Shown here: positions 1-7,913 of the stretch, one piece after another
How the letters are laid out: each line of letters starts with the position of its first letter
Numbering within the stretch: position 1 is the stretch's first letter
Virus record (IMG/VR): IMGVR_UViG_3300012232_000005
Location: 1 to 47,888 of that record
From: a virus
Lineage: Duplodnaviria > Caudoviricetes
Reading direction: 5' to 3' (one strand)
Length of the DNA stretch: 47,888 nucleotides
Notes under the pieces: model-generated
Databases searched by the model: none
What the model was told of the DNA's origin: nothing
The model's input: the letters and a program-made list of their open reading frames with translations, nothing else
Program-made: the position numbers and the translations under genes

Positions 1-123
1 CCAAGCAGAAGTTCCTCGAGGAGTACCAGAACAAGGTCTTTGGGGAGGGGCAGCGGCAGTTCGACGTGAACACCGGGCTGCAAGCCGGTCAGCTCACCGG
101 GATGTACAACGGCCAGGAGACGC
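1..123. repeat. Terminal direct repeat, copy 1 (circular assembly overlap)
   Basis: Bases 1-123 (ccaagcagaag...ggagacgc) are identical to 47766-47888, and one reading frame is continuous across the join. Confidence 0.97.
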
Positions 124-584
124 TGGCCAACCAGCAGTTCAAGCAGAACACCTCGCTCGGCTACCTGAACCTGCTCAGCCAGCTCCGCGGCCCCGGCGAC
201 ATCTTCCAGTACCTGAAGGTGCTCCAGGGCACCCCCGGCGGGATGAAGGACATCGTGAACGCCGCCGCGGGGCAGTACCGGATGCCGTCCTTCGGCGGCG
301 GGGCCAACGTGGGGACGGGCGGCGGCGCGGACATCAACTCCCTGCTGAGCCAGCTCAACGACCCCAACTACGGGTCGGACGCGAAGAACCTGAACCTCCC
401 GCCGCCGAACCAGATCAGCGCGAGGGCGCTGATGCAGATGTCGCCCTCGCAGCAGCAGGCCCTGATGGGGGCCTACGAGTCCGCGGGCTACAACCCGCAG
501 GACGTGATGGCCATCTTCAAGAACTCCCTGCCCCAGTACGCCGGAGGCCAGCAGTCGGGCCGCGTGAGTCTGTTCGGGAGGTAG
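1..584 (+). CDS. 3' part of the junction-spanning G/Q/N-rich putative ejection protein (full gene 46334..47765 + 1..584, 671 aa)
   Basis: ORF 66..584 is in frame with the open frame starting at GTG 46334 once the 123-bp overlap is removed. It ends in ...NSLPQYAGGQQSGRVSLFGR. Confidence 0.85.
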   Translation, partial: KQKFLEEYQNKVFGEGQRQFDVNTGLQAGQLTGMYNGQETLANQQFKQNTSLGYLNLLSQLRGPGDIFQYLKVLQGTPGGMKDIVNAAAGQYRMPSFGGGANVGTGGGADINSLLSQLNDPNYGSDAKNLNLPPPNQISARALMQMSPSQQQALMGAYESAGYNPQDVMAIFKNSLPQYAGGQQSGRVSLFGR

Positions 585-587
585 CCA

Positions 588-3500
588 ATGGGCATCGCCG
601 ATCTGCCCGACATCAGCGACGACGACTGGTTGACCTACCAGGCGGACACCTTCCGCCGCCAGACGCAGCCGCTCCAAGACAGCCTGCTCTTCCAGCAGCA
701 GACGCTCCCGCAGGTGGACGACACGCTGGCCAGGATTCAGCGCCTGGCCGCCCCCATCGCGCCTCCGGCGCCGATGCCATCCATGTCCACGCCCATGCAG
801 GGGGCCTTCCCCAACCAGGGGGCGGCCCCCACCAGCCTCTTCCCGCAGTCCGGTGGTGCTGAGCAGGTCGATCCCGCCAGCCTGTCCTCGATGCTGAGCC
901 AGTACCCGGACGAGGGCGATCTTCCGCAGCAAGGAGGCGTTGGGCCGACGATGGGGCCTCCCGGCCCCCCGCTCGGAAGCCCGGCAGGCAGCAGCTTGTC
1001 CGGGCCGCAGACGCAGCTCTCGAGCCCTACGCCGCTCGGCCCACCAGGCCCTGAGGCCCCCGGCTTCTGGTCGGGGATCGCCCCCGACAAGCCCAACATC
1101 TTCTCGTGGGCGGGGGAGCAGGCCCAGCAGGCCGCACAGGGTCTGCGCTCCAGCGGGGCTACCCAGACCCCGCTCCTCGGCGGCCTCCTCGGCGGCGGCG
1201 CGCAGTACGCCGCCGACGCCCTCGCCAACCTCGGGGGCACCTCCCAGGCGCTGCGCCGCGGGGACATCGGCGGCGCCGCCGGAGGCATCCTCCAGGCCAC
1301 GGTCGGGGAGAACACCCCGCTCGGCATCGGGAAGAACATCGCCACCGAGGCCCAGTGGCCGACCCAGATCTTCCCCGGCATCGACCCCAACACGCCGGTC
1401 ATCGGGGGCCTGAACAACCCCCGCGAGATGGCGGGTCTGGCCCCGCAGTTGCTCCTCCCCGAGACGGCCCTGGAGCGGGGGATCGGGGGCGCGGTCGGGA
1501 GGGCCATCTCCCCCGCCACCAAGCGGATCGGGGAGGTCGCCTCTCCCTACGTGGAGCAGGCCCTGAGCGGCGCCCGTGGGGCGCTGGACAGCCTCGGTCG
1601 GGGAGCGGAACCCGCCTTCGGCATCCGCTTGGGGGAGGACACCCAGACCTTCCACGGCTCAGGCACCGTGTTCAACGAGATGCGCCCAGGTAAGGGGATG
1701 CTCGGGGACGTGGTGTACCTCGGCAGTAAGCCCGAGGTCGGCACCGAGTTCGCCATCAACCGCTCCGACGCCTGGACGAATCTGGCGATGGAGAAGGCGG
1801 ACTACGAGCAGCGTCTGGCCGATTTCTCTCCCGACAACCCGTCGATGCGCTACATGCCGGCGGAGGAGATCACTCGCGGCCGGGAGCGGATGAACGAGCG
1901 CCTTGCCGAACTCAACCAGAGAATGGCCGAGGCCGAGCAGTACGGGGCCGCTCCGCAGGAGGGGATGGGGGCCAACGTCCGACCGGTGACCATGCCGAAG
2001 GGCATGAACATCTGGGATTCCACCGAACGCATCACGCCGCAGGAGGCGCGACGACTCCTGGACGGCTTGGCGATTGAGTGGCGGAGAAATTACGGCACCG
2101 ATCTCCCAGAAACCACGATGTTCGAGTTGGAGAGCGAGATTGATCGCATCTCCCGGTACTGGGCGACAAGAGAGCCTGGTGAGTGGCTGAGCAAGAAGGC
2201 CGTCTACGACGTGCTCGCTGAGCGGATCGGGGAGAAGTACGGAGACGACGGCATCCGCGTGAACGAGGCGAAGTCGTTGCTGAACGATGTGCTTCGGAGG
2301 GACGGCTTCGACGGCATCTCGTACCGAGGCTTCTCTTCTCTGCCGGTGAGTGATGCGATGGGCAATCGCGTCCCCTACACCGAATACGGCATCTTCCCGG
2401 CTTCGATGTCGAAGCTCCGCAACACCCTCTCCGGCACCCCCGGCGGGATCGTCTCCGGCGGAATCGGTGGTCGTTACTACCACGGCACCAGCGTTCCGTT
2501 CGATAGGGCTAAGGTGCCCACCGAGGGTGGGCGCAGCTACGCCCTCCCCGGTTACTACGCCTCCCCCGACCCGAATGTGGCTGGTAACTACGCCGGGCAC
2601 GGGTGGCTCGATGAGGCCGGAGAGCTTTCGACCGACGAGGGGGCGCACATCCGCTCCTTCGAGCTTGACCCGGACACGAACCTGCTGGAAACCCGGCGGG
2701 TCATCCCCGAGAACGAGGTCAGGCAGATCGTCGAGGAGATGAATCGCGTCGATCCGGGCGTGATCGCCGACGAGGGCAGAGCCGTAGCGAGGGTGATGCA
2801 GCGGCAGACCGACCGGCGGTGGGGGTCGGACAAGACCGCCGGAATCCGCGCCTTGTTCACCCTCCGCGGGGCCGACTCGGAGTTCCGGAGTGTGCTCCGC
2901 TCGGTCAACGCCAACGCGGACGATACGCTCGTCCGGGCGCTCCAGAATCTCGGCTACGACGGCGTGCGGGCCGACGAGGCTGGAGAGATCATCAGCCTCT
3001 TCGACACCGGGATCGCTAAGGCCAAGAACACGCTCTCCGGCAGATACGGGGGGATCACCCCTGCTGGCGGCGGCGGCGGGGTAAGGGGTCTGGCCGCTCG
3101 GGCCATGACCTCCCCCTTCTTCTCGCCCGCCGCCACCGGTCAGCAGGCCGCCGCGGACATCACCCTCGGGGCCGCCGGTGGGGCGGTCGGTGCCGCGACG
3201 GCCGACGAGGATGCGACCTGGCAGGAGCGGGTCGGACGCGGGGTCGCCGGGGCCGCCATCGGAGGGATGCTCGGCCCGGTCGCCCGCGCACCCAAGGGCA
3301 TCGCCGGGATCGCCCGCGGGGTGCTCAGCGACGAGGAGGGCGCGCTCAAGTTCGGCGCCGCCGAGGGGAGTCGCCCCGGCGGACGGCTCGACCCGCCCGC
3401 GGACTACACCCCGGAGGACTGGGCCGCGCTCTCCCGCGCCGAGCGCCGCCGCATCAACTACGCCCAGAAGCGGGGCGAGTACGCCAGCAAGGTCGGAAAG

Positions 3501-6500
3501 GCGGCTGGAGACGAGGCGACGATCCCCGACTACGGGTCGGCGCAGGAGATCGAGCAGCCCCTCCAGCCGCCCCTCTCTTCCGAGTCGCCGCAGTTGGCGC
3601 AGCAGGAAGCCTACGAGGACGCCCTCTCCCGCATGACCGAGCGGGGGGTGCCCGAGGACGAGGCCGACGAGAGCGCCTACTTCGTGGGACGGGACGCCCG
3701 CCGCGAGGAAGCCGAGCGCATCTCCGACGAGGCGGATCAGCTCTACGACGAGGAGCCCGACCTCCGCGCCGACGACGACCCCGAGGGCGGCGGGGTGACG
3801 GCCACCGAGGAGATCCGGAACCTCACCAACAACATCACGCCCGTCCTGCGCGTGAACCCGGTCGTCCGCGGCCGCCAGGAGCGGTTCATCGGCACCCAGG
3901 AGGGCCTCCCCGGCATCGCCGGGACGGAGGCCAGGGCCAGTCTGCCGGGAGCGGGTGAGCGGCCCGCCTACGACGCCGAGGGGAACTTCATCGGCTTCGG
4001 TCAGACGGTCGGGGCCTCCTCACCCGAGGCGGTCGTCGCCACCATCGCCGACCGGACGGGGAGCGCCCCGGTGGGCACGATGGTGACCAAGACCCTGAAG
4101 GACGCCGGGATCGACGACCCCATCCGGGCGCTCGACCCCGACAACCAGACCGCCCTCCCGAGCTGGCTCAAAGAGGCCATCGGTCGGGAGGATCAGGTGC
4201 TGGCCAACGACCCGCCCGAGGTCAGGGACTACGTGGATCGGGTCATCAACGGCTTGCAGGGGATGTTCAAGGCCGCCCACGGCGCCCGCTCCGACGCGGA
4301 GCTGGAGGGGGCGGTCGAGGCCCTGCGGCCGTTCGCCATCGACCTGGCGCGCTCAGCCGACCCCGGCAGCGGGCTGACCTCGGACACGCTGGTGGTGCTG
4401 ATGCACCAGGGCGTCGAGGCCACCTCCACCCCCGCGATGATCGCCTACGACCGGCTCCAGCAGGCGGTCATGCAGAACGCGCCCGACGACCTCATCGCCC
4501 GGCTCACCGCCGACTACGACCGCATCGCCGCGGTCAACAACATCTACCTGGCGGGGTTGGAGGCGTACTCCAGCGCCGCCGGTCGGGCGCTGCGGGCCAA
4601 CCGAGCGGACGTGTACCAGTCCGCGCCGTTCATCCCCGAGGCCAGCGGTGGCTCCATCGACGCCGGTGACCCCGGTCGGGCGCAGAACTTCGGGAAGGCC
4701 GAGCCGGCGCTCGAAGCGCGGGACGTGGCCCGCGAGGAGTGGAACGTCCGCCAGCGGGCCAAGCGGCAGGGCGGCCCCCTCGTGGACAGGGGCACCGACT
4801 GGAACAGCGCCTACTGGCAGCGCAAGCGGGACTTGAACCAGGCCGCGGATCAGCGGCGCAGCGGCCGCCGGATCAACGGGCCGCTGGAGAACGAGGGCCT
4901 GCTGTGGACGGATCTGTTCGTCCGCGACGACCCCTCCGTGCCCAAGGGCACCGCGCTGACCGAGAACGAGCGGCTGCGCTGGCTGTTCGGGCTGGACGAA
5001 CTCAAGGTGCCCAAGGGAGACGAGCGGGACAGCCTCTACCGCACCATGTCCTCGCCCGACTTCGACCCGGACGACACGGACGCCGTGCTGAAGTTCTGGG
5101 CCGAGGCCGCCCGCGTCGGCGGGGCGCACGAGAACCCGGTGGCCGTACTTCGCCCCTCCAAGCGCAACCCGAACAAGATCATCCAGACCACCGCCCAGGT
5201 GCGGCAGGAGGAGTCGCCCTGGAAGGACGGGATCAACGAGGCGGGTCGTCTGGCCACCGCCCACGAACCGGCGTGGATGAAGGCGGGACGGATCAGCGAG
5301 ACGCTCCCCCGCGACACCGCCCTGAACGTGGCCAAGAACGCGCTGACCCGCCGCCTGGAGGCCGCTCAGGGGGCGCTGGAGAAGGCCCGCCGCGACGGCA
5401 TCACCGGGGACATCAAACGCTACAACCAGGCCGTCGCCGCCGCCCAGAAGGACATGCCCAAGGACATGGGCGGGGCCGACAACGGCCTGTTCCAGCGGTT
5501 CCACAACGAGTACCCGCCCGACTACGAGTCCACCCGGACGCCGGGCGACCGGGGCAAGCCGGAGAACGTGAACCTCCAGACCCCGGCCATCCTGACCAAG
5601 AAGGTGGAGCTGCTGAACCAGTTGGACAGCGTCGACCGCGGCACCCAGTTGTTCCGCGGCGGCCTGTCCGTGGTCACGTCCAACATGCTGACCTCGGCGC
5701 GGATGATCGAGGCGTCCGCGATGGAGTCGGGCGTGACCATGCTGAACAAGCTCTACACCCAGGCCGTCTGGCGCAACGACCGGGAGGGGGCGCGGCAGAT
5801 CGCGCAGGGGATGTGGATGGGGGCCACCCCCGCCTGGAACAACCTGCTCTACGCCTTCAAGAACGGCATGGGGCCGATGGAGGCGATGGACTACCTGAAC
5901 GACGTGGCCAAGAAGGGCGCCCCCGCCATCCGCTCCACCCCCTTGTCCACGGAGATGCGCCACGGCATCCAGTCCGGGTGGCTGGCCCCCATGCACCGCA
6001 TCTCGCGGGCGATGCAGGAGTTCTTCACCACCCTGACCTACTACGGCGAGCTGAACCGGCTGGCCCACGAGCGGGTCAGCTCGCTCGGGGAGGCGAACGC
6101 CCTCAGCCGCCGCCTGGGGTCGGAGTCCAGGGGCAGGATCTTCGCCGGGGACGCCACCCGCATCGCGGACAACCAAGACCCGCTCAGCCCCGGTCTGTGG
6201 TTCCACGCCCCCGACGACGAGATGCGGAACGCCGCGCTGAAGGAGGCCATGACCATCGCCTCCGGCGGGCCGCACTCCACCGTCGCCAAGTGGCTGGCGG
6301 ACACCAAGTCCTACCTCGAGCGGGGCACCACCCCCGGCGGGAAGGCCATCGGGGCCGTGGGGAACGTGATCTTCCCCTTCGTCTACGGCATCGACTTCTC
6401 CATCCGCGCCGGACTCAAGACGGCCGTGGGGCCGGTGATGTACCCGGTCAAGGCGGGGGCCGCCCTCGCGCGCGGGGACACCGCCGCCGCGCGGGCCTAC

Positions 6501-7910
6501 GGCACCAACGCCATGCTCACCCTCGGGGCCGACCTGTTCATCGCCAGCCAAGTCCTGGGCGGCAACCTCACCGGCAAGGGGCCGGCCGACGCGAGGGAGC
6601 GGCAGGCCCTCTTGGAGCGCACCGACGAGCACGGCGACCCGGTGTGGCGCCCGGACTCCATGCGCGTCCCGCTGCCCAACGGGCGGCACCTGTGGCTCAA
6701 CTACGGCTCCCTGCCCATCGTCGGGGTGACCGGCGCGATCATGGCCAACGCCCACGATGCGTGGGTCTACGACCAGAAGAGCGACGACTCCCTGCCCGCC
6801 AAGGTCGCCAAGATGATGGCGGGGACGATTGGCACCGTCGCGGAGGGCACCTACTTCCGCGACATGATGGATCTCGTCTCCATCTTCAGCGAGCCGCAGA
6901 CGGCGGATCAGGCCCTCTCCCGCTTCGGCGGGGGGCTGGTGGGGCGCATCGTCCCCGCCGCCATGCGCCAGCTCGCGCAGGGCATCGACCCCCACCGCAA
7001 GGCCCCCGAGAACGCCCTCCAGGAGTTCGCGCAGAACATCCCCGGCCTGCGGAACATGGTGCCCAATCAGGTCAGCCCCTTCACCGGGGAGGACGTGAAC
7101 ATGGGCTGGTCGCCCGCCTCGCTGGTCGCACCGGGGACGGTCTACTACGGCTCGCAGCCCCAGAGTCCCATCGCCAACGAGACGGATCGGCTCAACCGGG
7201 CGGGCTTTGCGGTGAACCCCTCGCAGTACAGCGCCACCCAGCAGGGTCGCGGGGCCACCATCATGGGCAACCGCCAGACCGGGGAGCAGGTGCGCGCGAC
7301 GCAGGGGGTGTTGGCCGAGGAGACGCAGCGCCGGGCCACCATGCTGCTGGCCTCCCCGCAGTACCAGGCCATGACCACGCAGCAGCAGGCGGCGGCCCTG
7401 GACGCGGTGTTCACCCGCTCCCGCGAGGCGTCGGACTACGACTGGCAGTCGGGCCTGACCCTCAGCCCGCAGCAGCAGCTCACCCGCGCCGAGTCCGCCG
7501 TCCAGCGGTACGAGGGGCCGGGCCTGGCCGGTCTGGGGCCGTCGCAGCTCGCCCGCCGCAACGAGGAGATCAGCCAGGCGAAGGCCCTGCTCACCCAGTA
7601 CAACCGGGTCTACGGCGAGGACATGGGGGAGGTCATCCTCCGCCGCCAGAACCGGCAGGCGTGGCGGGACGCCGTGATGTACGAGGACGTTGACCCGGAT
7701 CTGCGCTGGATGCGGGAGCGCCGCGCCGCGCAGGGCCTCGGCCTCGACCCGCGGCGGACGGTGCAGCCCGGACTCCCCGGCGCGGCCAACGCGCTGCCGC
7801 CGCCCCCGCTGGGCATCGGGCAGGTGGGGAACACGGCGGGGGTGATGCCCTCCCTGTCCCAACTGCCCGACTACAGCTTCTCCAGCCGCTTCCCCCCGTC
7901 GACGAGGTAG
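588..7910 (+). CDS. Giant (2440 aa) polyvalent internal virion/ejection protein with two ART-PolyVal-like ADP-ribosyltransferase domains and an LPD38-like C-terminal region
   Basis: Domain 1 motifs: FHGS...VYLGSKPEVGTEFA...GFDGISY...EYGIF. Domain 2 motifs: YYHGT...GYYASPDPNVAGNYA...LGYDGV...EIISLF. The C-terminal GNLTGKGP...WRPDSMRV...LNYGSLP...IPGLRNMVP resembles large phage polyvalent proteins. The gene lies in the structural operon. Confidence 0.7.
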   Translation: MGIADLPDISDDDWLTYQADTFRRQTQPLQDSLLFQQQTLPQVDDTLARIQRLAAPIAPPAPMPSMSTPMQGAFPNQGAAPTSLFPQSGGAEQVDPASLSSMLSQYPDEGDLPQQGGVGPTMGPPGPPLGSPAGSSLSGPQTQLSSPTPLGPPGPEAPGFWSGIAPDKPNIFSWAGEQAQQAAQGLRSSGATQTPLLGGLLGGGAQYAADALANLGGTSQALRRGDIGGAAGGILQATVGENTPLGIGKNIATEAQWPTQIFPGIDPNTPVIGGLNNPREMAGLAPQLLLPETALERGIGGAVGRAISPATKRIGEVASPYVEQALSGARGALDSLGRGAEPAFGIRLGEDTQTFHGSGTVFNEMRPGKGMLGDVVYLGSKPEVGTEFAINRSDAWTNLAMEKADYEQRLADFSPDNPSMRYMPAEEITRGRERMNERLAELNQRMAEAEQYGAAPQEGMGANVRPVTMPKGMNIWDSTERITPQEARRLLDGLAIEWRRNYGTDLPETTMFELESEIDRISRYWATREPGEWLSKKAVYDVLAERIGEKYGDDGIRVNEAKSLLNDVLRRDGFDGISYRGFSSLPVSDAMGNRVPYTEYGIFPASMSKLRNTLSGTPGGIVSGGIGGRYYHGTSVPFDRAKVPTEGGRSYALPGYYASPDPNVAGNYAGHGWLDEAGELSTDEGAHIRSFELDPDTNLLETRRVIPENEVRQIVEEMNRVDPGVIADEGRAVARVMQRQTDRRWGSDKTAGIRALFTLRGADSEFRSVLRSVNANADDTLVRALQNLGYDGVRADEAGEIISLFDTGIAKAKNTLSGRYGGITPAGGGGGVRGLAARAMTSPFFSPAATGQQAAADITLGAAGGAVGAATADEDATWQERVGRGVAGAAIGGMLGPVARAPKGIAGIARGVLSDEEGALKFGAAEGSRPGGRLDPPADYTPEDWAALSRAERRRINYAQKRGEYASKVGKAAGDEATIPDYGSAQEIEQPLQPPLSSESPQLAQQEAYEDALSRMTERGVPEDEADESAYFVGRDARREEAERISDEADQLYDEEPDLRADDDPEGGGVTATEEIRNLTNNITPVLRVNPVVRGRQERFIGTQEGLPGIAGTEARASLPGAGERPAYDAEGNFIGFGQTVGASSPEAVVATIADRTGSAPVGTMVTKTLKDAGIDDPIRALDPDNQTALPSWLKEAIGREDQVLANDPPEVRDYVDRVINGLQGMFKAAHGARSDAELEGAVEALRPFAIDLARSADPGSGLTSDTLVVLMHQGVEATSTPAMIAYDRLQQAVMQNAPDDLIARLTADYDRIAAVNNIYLAGLEAYSSAAGRALRANRADVYQSAPFIPEASGGSIDAGDPGRAQNFGKAEPALEARDVAREEWNVRQRAKRQGGPLVDRGTDWNSAYWQRKRDLNQAADQRRSGRRINGPLENEGLLWTDLFVRDDPSVPKGTALTENERLRWLFGLDELKVPKGDERDSLYRTMSSPDFDPDDTDAVLKFWAEAARVGGAHENPVAVLRPSKRNPNKIIQTTAQVRQEESPWKDGINEAGRLATAHEPAWMKAGRISETLPRDTALNVAKNALTRRLEAAQGALEKARRDGITGDIKRYNQAVAAAQKDMPKDMGGADNGLFQRFHNEYPPDYESTRTPGDRGKPENVNLQTPAILTKKVELLNQLDSVDRGTQLFRGGLSVVTSNMLTSARMIEASAMESGVTMLNKLYTQAVWRNDREGARQIAQGMWMGATPAWNNLLYAFKNGMGPMEAMDYLNDVAKKGAPAIRSTPLSTEMRHGIQSGWLAPMHRISRAMQEFFTTLTYYGELNRLAHERVSSLGEANALSRRLGSESRGRIFAGDATRIADNQDPLSPGLWFHAPDDEMRNAALKEAMTIASGGPHSTVAKWLADTKSYLERGTTPGGKAIGAVGNVIFPFVYGIDFSIRAGLKTAVGPVMYPVKAGAALARGDTAAARAYGTNAMLTLGADLFIASQVLGGNLTGKGPADARERQALLERTDEHGDPVWRPDSMRVPLPNGRHLWLNYGSLPIVGVTGAIMANAHDAWVYDQKSDDSLPAKVAKMMAGTIGTVAEGTYFRDMMDLVSIFSEPQTADQALSRFGGGLVGRIVPAAMRQLAQGIDPHRKAPENALQEFAQNIPGLRNMVPNQVSPFTGEDVNMGWSPASLVAPGTVYYGSQPQSPIANETDRLNRAGFAVNPSQYSATQQGRGATIMGNRQTGEQVRATQGVLAEETQRRATMLLASPQYQAMTTQQQAAALDAVFTRSREASDYDWQSGLTLSPQQQLTRAESAVQRYEGPGLAGLGPSQLARRNEEISQAKALLTQYNRVYGEDMGEVILRRQNRQAWRDAVMYEDVDPDLRWMRERRAAQGLGLDPRRTVQPGLPGAANALPPPPLGIGQVGNTAGVMPSLSQLPDYSFSSRFPPSTR

Positions 7911-7913
7911 CGC

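Noticed and set aside
1-123. Terminal repeat as a biological phage DTR
   Set aside because: It falls inside a gene and is the size expected of an assembler overlap. It shows circularity, not the physical genome ends.
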